Positions 1 through 9,101 of a stretch of DNA of 64,000 bases are shown piece after piece; position 1 is the stretch's first letter; each line of letters opens with the position of its first letter. The notes beneath the pieces are model-generated. The model was given only the letters and a program-made list of their open reading frames with translations, had not been told where the DNA came from and searched no databases. Origin of the DNA: an uncultured Ralstonia sp. (lineage in GTDB: Bacteria > Pseudomonadota > Gammaproteobacteria > Burkholderiales > Burkholderiaceae); assembly GCA_963512445.1 (NCBI GenBank), contig CAUPMS010000004.1, positions 53,123 to 117,122 on the forward strand. The letters are read 5' to 3'. The translations under genes and the position numbers were made by a program.

Positions 1-987
1 CGCATACACATCGGTGCGTTTGGACAGCGAGTAGTCGTAGCCGACAGCCCACGTGTTGCGCTTCACATCAGCTGCGCCCGAGGTCTTCGTGTAGGCATAC
101 GACGCCAGCACGGCGCCCGGGCCCACCGGAATCGACACGCCCAACTGGCCGCCGTTGCTCTTCGCGTCGCCAGTGCTGATCGTGTTCTTGATGTACTGAT
201 ATTGGCCGTACAGCTTGACCACGCCAAAGTCGTACGTGGCCCCCAGTTGCCCCGCCGTCTGGCGCGAGAAGCCGGCCACCAGGCTGTTCAGGTCGCCCGG
301 CGCGCCGTCGTAGCGCACCTGCTGAAACGCCGCCGTGGCCGCAAAGTTGCCGCGGAAGTACAGCAGGCTGCCGCCCCACTTGTTCTGACCGTTGTGGCCA
401 GCCTGCTCGCCGGCGCCGTAGATCAGGTTGGCCGTCAGGCCGCCCATGTCCGGCGTGGAATACATGATCGAGTTGTCCCAGCCCGAATCGCCCACCAGAC
501 CCGAGATGCCCGCAGCGCCCGAACGGCCGTTGCCAAGGTAGGTGTGGAACACCATCGGCGAGAAAGTGTACGAATCGATGAACGGGTTAAACAGGATCGT
601 CGAAACGAAATACGGCGGCGTGTTGCGGCCAAGCTTGATCGAGCCCCAGCTGTTCGACTGCAAGCCAACAAACGAATTACGCGCGAAGAAGTGGTCGCCA
701 TCAAAGCGGCCTGACTTGCCCGTGTCGGGGCGGAAGAACGCTTCCAGCGTAAAGATCGCCTTCAGGCCGTTGCCCAGGTCTTCGTTGCCTTTCAGGCCCC
801 AGTACGACGTCGACATGCCGCCCGAATTGACGCCCCAGGCGCGGTCCTGGCCCAGGTTCTTGGTGGCGCCCGCCCAGGCGTCCACCTGGCCGTACAGCGT
901 CACAGACGATTGGGCCTGCGCCGCGCCTGCGGCCAGACCGGCGGCAACGGCCAGCACTGCCAGCGTAAAACGTCGCTTGAGTTGCAT
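1..987 (-). CDS. Gram-negative (Burkholderiales-type) outer-membrane porin; 3' end runs off the window
   Basis: Translated by hand because the ORF track omits it (no stop in window): MQLKRRFTLAVLAVAAGLAAGAAQAQSSVTLYGQVDAW...STSYWGLKGNEDLGNGLKAIFTLE...RNTWAVGYDYSLSKRTDVYA. Signal peptide plus porin motifs SSVTLYG, GxEDLGNGLKAIF and YDYSLSKRT; GGAG RBS upstream. Confidence 0.93.
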   Translation of the reverse strand, partial: MQLKRRFTLAVLAVAAGLAAGAAQAQSSVTLYGQVDAWAGATKNLGQDRAWGVNSGGMSTSYWGLKGNEDLGNGLKAIFTLEAFFRPDTGKSGRFDGDHFFARNSFVGLQSNSWGSIKLGRNTPPYFVSTILFNPFIDSYTFSPMVFHTYLGNGRSGAAGISGLVGDSGWDNSIMYSTPDMGGLTANLIYGAGEQAGHNGQNKWGGSLLYFRGNFAATAAFQQVRYDGAPGDLNSLVAGFSRQTAGQLGATYDFGVVKLYGQYQYIKNTISTGDAKSNGGQLGVSIPVGPGAVLASYAYTKTSGAADVKRNTWAVGYDYSLSKRTDVYA

Positions 988-1087
988 GATTGATTTCTCC
1001 CTCTTGTGGTTCCGATGTGTTGAATCGACTGAATCAGCTTGATGGTGACAGGTGGCTCAACCCGCCCCGCCGAGATGGCGCGGTGAA

Positions 1088-1104
1088 TGCAACAGCCGTG
1101 CCAA
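1088..1104 (-). promoter_or_regulatory. sigma54 (-24/-12) promoter of the porin gene
   Basis: Minus strand reads TTGGCACGGCTGTTGCA, an exact TGGCAC-N5-TTGCA, about 100 bp upstream of the porin ATG. Confidence 0.75.
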
Positions 1105-1246
1105 TACGCTGTCGGCAAAGCGTCGCCTCACAAATGAATACGTTTTCTTGGGAAGGGGCGCAGACTAGCTTGAATACCCTGGACGGACAAGTCCCCATTG
1201 CGGGGTGTGTGGCGCCGTTTCTGCACCGGGCTGACGCAGTGCGCGT

Positions 1247-1975
1247 CTAGTCGTTTTGCAGCACGCGGATGTCGACTTCGCGCGTATAGCGCTCGGGGGA
1301 AAAATCGCAGTAGGTGAGGGAGATCGGCACGTCGGCCACGCTGTAGCCGATGCGGCGCACGCGCGCCAGCGGCACGCCCGCTTCCACGCCAAGCTGGGCG
1401 GCCTGGTGGACGTCGGCCACGCAGGCCAGCGGCGCCTCGCGCGAGCGCGCGATGGTCAGGTTGGCGCGCTGAAAGACCTGCACGAACAGACGATCTTCAA
1501 AGTCGCGCGCCTCAAGCATCGCCGCCAGCCTGGATGTCAGCCACGTACGCAGCAGCATGATGGGCTGCCCTTCCACCTGGGCGCGGCGCTCGACAAACGC
1601 CACCTGCGCGCCCACCGCCACGTCGAGCGCGGCGGCTACGATCTCGTCGGCCGGCTCGAGTCGAAATGCACTGACCGTATAGACGGCGCCCGGCACGTAT
1701 TCCAGCGCCGCGTCGGACTGGCCCGGCGCATACAGCACCGGCCGATGCGGCCCCACGCGATCGAGCACCACGCTGCGCTGCCCGCGCGAGCGCTTGAGCA
1801 ACCCACGCGCTGCCAGCTCGTTCAGCGTGCGGCGCGCCGTCAAACGGGATACGCCGTAGCGTTGGGCAACTTCATTTTCGCTGGGCGCGATACTGCCGGC
1901 CGACAGGGTTCCGTGCAGGATGTCGAGCCGAATGCGGTCAGCCAGTTCGAGGTATTTGGGCAGGCGGAGCGTCAT
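1247..1975 (-). CDS. GntR (HutC subfamily) transcriptional regulator with UTRA domain
   Basis: N-terminal wHTH (PSENEVAQRYGVSRLTARRTL) and C-terminal UTRA-like domain. Start taken at ATG 1975 (MTLRLPKY). Confidence 0.9.
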   Translation of the reverse strand: MTLRLPKYLELADRIRLDILHGTLSAGSIAPSENEVAQRYGVSRLTARRTLNELAARGLLKRSRGQRSVVLDRVGPHRPVLYAPGQSDAALEYVPGAVYTVSAFRLEPADEIVAAALDVAVGAQVAFVERRAQVEGQPIMLLRTWLTSRLAAMLEARDFEDRLFVQVFQRANLTIARSREAPLACVADVHQAAQLGVEAGVPLARVRRIGYSVADVPISLTYCDFSPERYTREVDIRVLQND

Positions 1976-2009
1976 GCCGCTGTTATACAGGAACGGCCAT
2001 CGCGCACAC

Positions 2010-2050
2010 CAATGCAAATGGCCCACCGTGCGGGTGGGCCATTTGCATTG
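2010..2050. terminator. Perfect 18-bp inverted repeat downstream of hns; probable terminator or stabilising hairpin
   Basis: CAATGCAAATGGCCCACC-gtgcg-GGTGGGCCATTTGCATTG. There is no clean U-tract. Confidence 0.55.
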
Positions 2051-2085
2051 CACGCTTGCGCGCGCGTCAGGCAGCGCCTGACAAA

Positions 2086-2376
2086 TCAGGCGATCAGGAA
2101 TTTATCGCGGTTCTTGCCGATCCAGGCCGGGGCTCGGCCACGGCCGGACCACGTTGCGCCCGTCTTCGGGTCACGATATTTGGCCGGCACCGGCGCCTTG
2201 GCACCGGCACGGCGACCGCGCCGCTGGGCCAGGCCCAGGTCTTCAGCCGTCAGGCCATATTCGGCAACCGTCTGCCGCACTTGCTGGACAACTGCTTCCA
2301 GTTCCTTGGCGCGCGCAGTTTCGATCTGCTCTTCCAGCTTGGCCTTTTGTGCAACCAATTCCTTGTATGTCGCCAT
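2086..2376 (-). CDS. hns: H-NS family nucleoid-associated protein
   Basis: MATYKELVAQKAKLEEQIE... with C-terminal PAKYRDPKTGATWSGRGRAPAW (H-NS DNA-binding motif); AGGAG RBS. Confidence 0.93.
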   Translation of the reverse strand: MATYKELVAQKAKLEEQIETARAKELEAVVQQVRQTVAEYGLTAEDLGLAQRRGRRAGAKAPVPAKYRDPKTGATWSGRGRAPAWIGKNRDKFLIA

Positions 2377-2847
2377 ATGCGCTCCTAATAAAGTCTGGTG
2401 TGAAGTCTGGTGTGGATCAGATATTAGATCAATTGTATTCATAACTGAAATAAAATTTCAACGTTTTTGACCGCAGCCCTTCAAACCGCGCCACTAAGCC
2501 AAGAGTCAACTCGTGGCACACCAGATGCTCAGGCTTGAACCGGAAAGTCAGATTGACGCATCGGATTAGCGTACGCGATCATGCAAGGCCACAAGCCGGT
2601 ATCGCGCTGCATTTCAGTGCCATCACCATAGCAAGCGCTGCCGGGTCCCGCAATTCGAGCTTTTTTCGCAAACGGCAATCTGAGGTATCGCAGCGGTACT
2701 GCAAACGCAATATCAATTCATACGCAGGCCGCCGCCCCACGGGGCATGCATTGCGCCGCGATAGCACCTGCCATGGCGTGCCCATTTGGGTGGCCGGCAA
2801 AACGATTCAAAGCAACACCCTCTTGGTTGCAGTTGGATGAGACAACG

Positions 2848-3207
2848 ATGAATTCGCCCTTGCCGCGTCGTTTTTACTATCTGCTTTCGCTCTTTGGCGT
2901 ACTGGTGTGCATCCTGTTTGCCGCCGCGACGTTTTTCTTTCCTGAACGCTCAGTCGAGCGGATCAGCGCCTATTTCATCCTGACAATGGGGACATGCGTT
3001 TTGATGTGTGCAATCGGGTTGGCACTGACGCATCGCTGGATCGATCAGCATTTCGCCGCGCGAGAAACCGAAAATGCGCCGGATGCCGAAACGCAAACAC
3101 CACCCACAGCCCAGCCGGAGCAAACCGCTTTGAAACCAGCGCCACAAACAAACAACACCGCGGCCGACAAAGCGGACTCACAATGTGTTGCATCCACCAC
3201 AAACTAG
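2848..3207 (+). CDS. Hypothetical small membrane protein (2 TM plus low-complexity tail)
   Basis: Two hydrophobic segments (FYYLLSLFGVLVCILFAAATFFF; ISAYFILTMGTCVLMCAIGLAL) followed by a P/T/Q/A-rich tail. Confidence 0.6.
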   Translation: MNSPLPRRFYYLLSLFGVLVCILFAAATFFFPERSVERISAYFILTMGTCVLMCAIGLALTHRWIDQHFAARETENAPDAETQTPPTAQPEQTALKPAPQTNNTAADKADSQCVASTTN

Positions 3208-3295
3208 ACTTTGCGCCGCGCAAGACTTTTGCGCATTATGAAGAGCACTGCCTTTGGTGAGATGTCATAGGTGATACCCCAGGTTGGAGCGTGGG

Positions 3296-5965
3296 ATGCA
3301 AGACGGAATTTCCTACCCGTTATCGGCGCAAAGCCTTCCGGTTCCGCTCTATGTGGTGCTCGAAGGCCGCATCGTCTTTGCCAATGCAGCCGGCGTTTGC
3401 ATGGTGCGGGCGCTGTCGGCCGACCAACTGCTCGGCGAGCCCTTCTCCCGCTTCTTCCAGGACGTGCCCACGTGGCTGGAGGCGCGTGCCGGGGAAGACG
3501 CCGATGCGACGCCGTCCGACGCCCCTGCCATTCCGGCGGCACAGCTCGTCTCGGCTCTTTCCGCCGGCGATTCCAATGAGGTGATCAGCGTCCGGCTGAC
3601 GGTCACGCCCACGCGCTTTGAAGGGCTGCCCGCGCAACAGGTGGTTGTACACGGGCTGCCGCTACCGCTCGATGCGCAACTGCCCGGCAAGGCCAGTGAA
3701 CGCGTGCTGAGCGCGGAAGCGATCGGCGCAGCGTTGCCACACGAGCATCTCGATCATCTGCTGTCCACGTTGCCGTCTGCCGCCTCGCTCGGGGAGCGGC
3801 TGCATGCTGGGCTGCGGGCGCTGGAAGCGGCCTTGCCGTCGGCGCTGTGCGTGGCGGTGCGTGTCGTTTCGGGGCGGGCGCGGCTCTATGGCACGCAGCG
3901 CGCACGGGCGCGGCTGGCACTGCGCGACGACCATGCAGCCCACCTGGCTACCGCTGCACAGGGCGAGTTCGATATCGAGCTTGCCCGCATCGCGCCGCTG
4001 GTCAACGAGTTGGCGCCCATCGAACTGATTCGTCAATCCAATGCGCCCACCGCCTTGCGCGAAGCGCTTGTACGGGTGCTAAACACCGCGCAGCCGACAT
4101 GGCTGTGCCGCATTCCAGCCCAGCATGGCGGGATGGCCGTCGCCGATGACCTGCTCTGCCTCTTCTACCCCGCTACCGCGCACGCAGACGACGCAACGCT
4201 GCGGGCCGAATGCGGCCGCTACATCGCCGCACTGGTCAAGCTGCTGCGCCTGGAGAACGAATATCGCCAAACCCGCGAGCTGCGCAATCAATACCGGCTG
4301 GTCGTCAATCATCTGAGCGAAGGCGTGCTGACACTGTCCGCCGATGGCCGCGTGCTGTCGTACAACCGCAGCGCGGCCGAGATCCTGCGCATGTCGGGCC
4401 CGTCATGGAAAGGCTCGCCGCGTGTTGCATTGGGCGACATGATGCTGGGCGAAGACGGCGCGATCCTGCCGCGCGCGGCATGGCCTTCCACGCTGGCGGC
4501 CCGCACCGGACGCGCGATCAGCAACGTGGTCGTGGGCGTGCCGGCCGGCAATGGGCAGATCGTCTGGCTGCGGGAATCGGTGCTGCCGATGTTCTCGCCG
4601 GACAGCGCATCACCGCACGCGGTGCTGGTCATCTTTACCGACATCACAGCGGAGCGCTCGGCCTACGAGCAGCTGCGCCTGCTGGAGACCAAGGATTCGC
4701 TCACCGGCCTGCCCAATCGCGCGGCGTTTATCGAGCGGCTCGATGCGCGGCTGGCGCTGCCGTCCACGGGGGAATCCGCGCTGCTGTATATCGGGCTGGA
4801 CCACTTCAAGACCGTGAACGAGGCGATGGGCCACCACGTGGGCAACCACGTGCTGAACATGGCAGCGCAGCGCGTCCGTGCCCAGGCGGGCCAGCGCGCG
4901 CTGCTGGCCCGCCTGGGTGGCGACCAGTTCTGCGTGGCCATTGATGACCCGAACGCCGCCGATACGCTCGCGCAACAGGTGCTCGACACGCTGGCCCACC
5001 CCTTTACCGGCGGCGAACGCGAAGTGCATCTGTCGGCCAGCATTGGCGTGGCAGCCTACCCGGAAGACGGCAGCGATGCGGCCACGCTGGTCAGCCATGC
5101 CGAAGCGGCCATGTACCGGGCCAAGGAGAACGGCCGCAACCGCATCACCCGCTATTCGCGCACGCTGGAAACGCAGATGCTGCGCCGCTTCACGCTCAAC
5201 GAGCGCATGCGCCGCGCGCTCGGGCGCGGTCAGGTGCGACTGATGTATCAACCCAAATACGCGCTGAAGTCACGCGAACTTGTGGCAGTCGAAGCGCTGA
5301 TGCGGTGGTCCGACCCCGAGCTGGGCGCGGTGTCGCCCACCGAATTCATCGACGTGGCCGAAGAGTCCGGTTACATCCTCGAACTGGGCCGCTGGGCGCT
5401 CATGCAAGCCTGCACGCAGAGCGCGGCATGGGCGCGCACGTTCGGCTTCACGGGGCGCATGGCGGTGAATGTGTCCGCACGGCAATGCGATGCCGGCGTG
5501 ATTGAGCGCGATGTGGATGAAGCGCTCAAAGCCTCTGGCATGGCCCCAGGCCTGCTGGAACTGGAATTGACGGAAAGCGTCTTGCTGGCCGATCGGCAGT
5601 CAACGCAGCGTCTGCTGATGAGCCTTGCCGCACGGGGTGTGCGCATCTCGCTCGACGATTTCGGCATCGGGTTCTCGTCGTTGTCGTATCTGCGCAGCTT
5701 GCCGATCCACAACATCAAGATCGATCGATCGTTCATCAGCGGCGTGCCTAGGGTGGCCGACTGCGTGGCGCTCACCAAGACCATCATCGCGATGGCCCGC
5801 GCGCTGAACATGACCGTTACGGCCGAAGGCGTGGAAACCCCTGAGCAGACGGCCTTTTTGACCGCGCATGCATGCGACGAAGTGCAAGGCTTCCTGTTTG
5901 GCCGGCCGCTGGAAGTATCGGCACTGGAAGAATTGCTGCGCACTCGCAGCCGCGCGCAGGCATAA
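3296..5965 (+). CDS. PAS-PAS-GGDEF(degenerate)-EAL c-di-GMP signalling protein, probable phosphodiesterase
   Basis: PAS-like segments, DSLTGLPNR, RLGGDQF, and an EAL domain with VEALMRW, DDFGIGFSS, KIDRSF, EGVE and QG. Start is approximate (3284 or 3296). Confidence 0.9.
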   Translation: MQDGISYPLSAQSLPVPLYVVLEGRIVFANAAGVCMVRALSADQLLGEPFSRFFQDVPTWLEARAGEDADATPSDAPAIPAAQLVSALSAGDSNEVISVRLTVTPTRFEGLPAQQVVVHGLPLPLDAQLPGKASERVLSAEAIGAALPHEHLDHLLSTLPSAASLGERLHAGLRALEAALPSALCVAVRVVSGRARLYGTQRARARLALRDDHAAHLATAAQGEFDIELARIAPLVNELAPIELIRQSNAPTALREALVRVLNTAQPTWLCRIPAQHGGMAVADDLLCLFYPATAHADDATLRAECGRYIAALVKLLRLENEYRQTRELRNQYRLVVNHLSEGVLTLSADGRVLSYNRSAAEILRMSGPSWKGSPRVALGDMMLGEDGAILPRAAWPSTLAARTGRAISNVVVGVPAGNGQIVWLRESVLPMFSPDSASPHAVLVIFTDITAERSAYEQLRLLETKDSLTGLPNRAAFIERLDARLALPSTGESALLYIGLDHFKTVNEAMGHHVGNHVLNMAAQRVRAQAGQRALLARLGGDQFCVAIDDPNAADTLAQQVLDTLAHPFTGGEREVHLSASIGVAAYPEDGSDAATLVSHAEAAMYRAKENGRNRITRYSRTLETQMLRRFTLNERMRRALGRGQVRLMYQPKYALKSRELVAVEALMRWSDPELGAVSPTEFIDVAEESGYILELGRWALMQACTQSAAWARTFGFTGRMAVNVSARQCDAGVIERDVDEALKASGMAPGLLELELTESVLLADRQSTQRLLMSLAARGVRISLDDFGIGFSSLSYLRSLPIHNIKIDRSFISGVPRVADCVALTKTIIAMARALNMTVTAEGVETPEQTAFLTAHACDEVQGFLFGRPLEVSALEELLRTRSRAQA

Positions 5966-6003
5966 AAAACGGACCCAAAGGGTTACCCCGGGGTCCGTTT
6001 CTG
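5964..6003. terminator. Bidirectional intrinsic terminator between convergent genes
   Basis: AAACGGACCC (5967-5976) pairs with GGGTCCGTTT (5991-6000); A-run on the left, T-run on the right. Confidence 0.75.
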
Positions 6004-6031
6004 TTGAGTCGACACTCAGGTCGACATCCAA

Positions 6032-6235
6032 TCAACGCGTCGATACGTTGCCCACCAGGCCGCCCAATGCAGCGCCGCCGAGCGTGGCACCCGGGCCGCC
6101 GATCAGCGCAGCGCCGGCCAATCCGCCCACACCCGCGCCAATGGCGGTATTACGTTGACGTGCCGTCATGTCGGCACAGCCGGTTGCTGTCAGCAGCGTG
6201 GCACCGGCCAGCAGAATCGTCAGTACCCGAACCAT
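6032..6235 (-). CDS. Small glycine-zipper 2TM lipoprotein (OsmB-like)
   Basis: MVRVLTILLAGATLLTATGC lipobox, then TAIGAGVGGLAGAALIGG...GAALGGLVG; AAGGAG RBS. Confidence 0.85.
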   Translation of the reverse strand: MVRVLTILLAGATLLTATGCADMTARQRNTAIGAGVGGLAGAALIGGPGATLGGAALGGLVGNVSTR

Positions 6236-6424
6236 GTTCTTCTCCTTGAATGCGTCGGTCGCGATCAAGCCATCGCGTATTGGGAGTCTGGCCAATGGGC
6301 GCTCGACTTGCTGTTTCAAGTTGTAATCAATCGTTGCAATCTGCATGCGACGCTGCCCTGACAAGCCCTGCCACATTCCCGAGCAACGCCGATCAGAAGC
6401 CGTCCCCACGCGGGTCGGATGGTG

Positions 6425-6651
6425 TTTCCCACAGACTTATCCACATGTTCTGTGCATAACCCGCTTTGGCAACCGGAACCCCAGTCGCCAAAGGGCTTGA
6501 CGGGTTTAGGCAAACGTGCAGATCACGTAAAACGTGTGCGTGCAGTGGAAGTTATCCACATCGGGCAGAGCTGTTACATCGTGCAACAAACCCTTGTGCG
6601 TCAATTATTTGCGGTGGGTTCTGCAAGCGGTGCGCGCATTGCTGTGGACAA
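6425..6651. promoter_or_regulatory. Cluster of five DnaA boxes (candidate origin or DnaA-control locus)
   Basis: TTATCCACA at 6437-6445 and 6552-6560; TGTGCATAA at 6451-6459; TTTCCCACA at 6425-6433; TGTGGACAA at 6643-6651. Confidence 0.7.
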
Positions 6652-6699
6652 GTTGCGTCGGCGCAAAAGCGATTTATGATGCACTTTTAGTCGAATTTA

Positions 6700-6900
6700 G
6701 ATCGAATCGATCAAAATAGGGCACCGTATTTTTCAGAATGATCGATGCGCTACGCAACCCGCATCCCCTTGCCACTGAACAAAACAGCACAGGATTGCGC
6801 CACGCCGGGTTTGCGCACAATCCTCGATCGATCGGCTGAGATCAGGGTAAACATTGATCGATTCAATCATTTTTTAAATTACAATGACCGAATCGATCGA
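6700..6900. promoter_or_regulatory. Three copies of a 15-bp motif GAYYGAATCGATCRA; putative DeoR operators of the downstream operon
   Basis: GATCGAATCGATCAA at 6700-6714 (+), TTGATCGATTCAATC at 6854-6868 (-), GACCGAATCGATCGA at 6886-6900 (+). Confidence 0.55.
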
Positions 6901-6980
6901 TATGCTAGGCATATGGGCCGTGCATCGTTCCTGTTCAAGCTGACTCACGGGCCGCTCGCCCTCCACAAAAGGATCACCAC

Positions 6981-7877
6981 ATGACCACGTCGTTCAAAGG
7001 GATCGTCCCGGCCCTGATCACCCCGATGACCTCGACGGAAGACGTGGACGAAAACGGCCTGCGCTTGCTGGTGGATCGGCTGATCGATGCAGGCGTCCAC
7101 GGGTTGTTCGTGCTCGGCACCAATGGCGAATTCATCGCGCTGAGCGAAGAAGAGAAGCTGCGCATTGCACGCATTACCGTGGAACAGGCGCGCGGCCGCG
7201 TGCCCGTCTTTGCCGGCACCGGCGCCTATGCCACGCGTGATGTGATCGCGCTGAACCACAAGATGCAGGACGTGGGGGTGGATGGCGTGTCGGTCATTAC
7301 GCCGTACTTCAACGGCGCCACGCAGCCGGAGCTGTTTGCGCACTACGAGCAAATCGCGCGCGCCACGTCGCTGCCGATCCTGCTGTACACGATTCCGGCC
7401 AAGGCGGGCGTGACGCTCACCATCGACACCGTGCGCCGCCTGGCGGACATCCCGAACATCCGCGCCATCAAGGACAGCGGCGGCGATTTCGACCGCCTGC
7501 TGCAGCTCATCAACCTGCGCCGCAACGACTTTGCCGCCTTCACCGGCACCGATTCGATGATCCTGTGGACGCTGATTGCCGGTGGCGACGGCGCGGTGGC
7601 GGCCACCACCAATGCGGTGCCGCACGTTGTCATGTCGATCTGGAACCAGTTCCAGGCGGGCAACATTCCGGCCGCACGCGCCGCGCAGGAATCGCTGCGC
7701 GCGCTGCGTGACGCATTTGCGCTCGGCACCATGCCCGTGGTGCTCAAGACCGCCGCAGAAATGCTCGGCATGCCTGCGGGCCCGGCACGCTCGCCGGCCA
7801 AGCCGCTCGACGCCAAAAGCCGCGAACGCCTGGCCGAAGCGCTCACCATCTACCGGGCCGCGCTGAACGCCGCCTGA
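6981..7877 (+). CDS. Dihydrodipicolinate synthase/N-acetylneuraminate lyase family class I aldolase
   Basis: GIVPALITPM, GTNGE (DapA has GTTGE), LYTIP and Schiff-base lysine in IKDSGG. The catabolic context argues against true DapA. Confidence 0.9.
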   Translation: MTTSFKGIVPALITPMTSTEDVDENGLRLLVDRLIDAGVHGLFVLGTNGEFIALSEEEKLRIARITVEQARGRVPVFAGTGAYATRDVIALNHKMQDVGVDGVSVITPYFNGATQPELFAHYEQIARATSLPILLYTIPAKAGVTLTIDTVRRLADIPNIRAIKDSGGDFDRLLQLINLRRNDFAAFTGTDSMILWTLIAGGDGAVAATTNAVPHVVMSIWNQFQAGNIPAARAAQESLRALRDAFALGTMPVVLKTAAEMLGMPAGPARSPAKPLDAKSRERLAEALTIYRAALNAA

Positions 7878-7910
7878 GCCTCGCCGCCCGCCCCCACATC
7901 ACCGAACGCC

Positions 7911-9101
7911 ATGTCCCAGACCTATCACTTTCAGACCGTCAAGCACATCGTCCACGGCGCCGGCAGCCTGGCGTTGCTGCCCGAGAAGCTCGCGCTGCTT
8001 GATGCGGGCCCGGTCCCCATCAAACGCATCGCCCTCATCACGCAGCCGGTGATGGAGCAGAACGGCGTGATCGGCCGTGTGCTGGAAGCGCTGGCCACGC
8101 GTGACATTGAAGCGCGCATCGTGCGCGGCGTTGAGCCCGAGCCGACCATTGAAAACGTCGAGACGGTGTTCCGCGAGCAGATCGCGCCGTTTGCGCCCGA
8201 CGCCATCCTGTCGATCGGCGGCGGCAGCGTGCTCGATGCGGCCAAGCTGTTTGCGGTGCGCCTGACCAATGATCAGCCGCTGCGCGAATGGCTCGGCATT
8301 GATCTGATCAAGTGCCCCGGCGTTCCGCTCGTGCTGGTGCCGACCACCGCAGGCACGGGGTCTGAAGTCACACCCAACGCCATCGTTACGCTGCCCGATG
8401 AAGAGCTGAAGGTGGGCATCGTCAGCCGGCACCTGCTGCCGCAACTGGTGATTCTGGATGCGGAACTGACGTTCGATTTGCCCAAGCCGATCACGGCCGC
8501 CACGGGCATCGACGCGTTCGTGCATTCGCTGGAGTCGTACATCTCGACCAAGGCCAACCCGGTGAGCGACATGTTTGCGATGGAGTCGATGCGGCTCATT
8601 GGCGCGAACATTGTCGAGGCGTATCAGAACGGCCGCTCGGTCAAGGCGCGCGAGGCGATGATGCTGGGTTCGATGTACGGCGGCTTGGCGCTGACGGCCG
8701 CCGGCACCGCCGCTGTGCATGCGCTGGCGTATCCGCTTGGCGGCATGTTCGGCATCACGCACGGCGTGGCCAACGCAATGCTGCTGCCGCACGTGATGGC
8801 CTTCAACAAGGACGCCATCGTCGCGCGCCTGGCCAACGTGGCGCGCGCACTCAACGTCAGCCGTCATGGCAAGGGGAGCAACGACAGCGACGAAACCGCC
8901 GCCGATGCGCTCATCGAACGTCTGACCGAGTGGACCGACGTCGTGCAGATTCCGCAGGACCTGCGCCAGTTTGGCGTGTCGGAATCGCACCTGGATGCAC
9001 TGGCCGAGGCCGCCTCCAAGGTCAAACGGCTGCTCGGCAACAACCCGAAGCCGCTGAGTCATGCGGACATCAAGGCCATCTACCAGCGCCTGCTGCCGTG
9101 A
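7911..9101 (+). CDS. Iron-containing alcohol dehydrogenase
   Basis: GGGSVLDAAK, PTTAGTGSEVT, DAFVH, HALAY and HGVAN motifs. Confidence 0.93.
   Translation: MSQTYHFQTVKHIVHGAGSLALLPEKLALLDAGPVPIKRIALITQPVMEQNGVIGRVLEALATRDIEARIVRGVEPEPTIENVETVFREQIAPFAPDAILSIGGGSVLDAAKLFAVRLTNDQPLREWLGIDLIKCPGVPLVLVPTTAGTGSEVTPNAIVTLPDEELKVGIVSRHLLPQLVILDAELTFDLPKPITAATGIDAFVHSLESYISTKANPVSDMFAMESMRLIGANIVEAYQNGRSVKAREAMMLGSMYGGLALTAAGTAAVHALAYPLGGMFGITHGVANAMLLPHVMAFNKDAIVARLANVARALNVSRHGKGSNDSDETAADALIERLTEWTDVVQIPQDLRQFGVSESHLDALAEAASKVKRLLGNNPKPLSHADIKAIYQRLLP

Noticed and set aside
6981..7877. Calling the aldolase dapA
   Set aside because: GTNGE instead of GTTGE, and a purely catabolic context.
8930..9097. 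N-terminal extension of the kinase ORF
   Set aside because: It overlaps the Fe-ADH gene in another frame. GTG 9098, coupled to the ADH stop, is the natural start.
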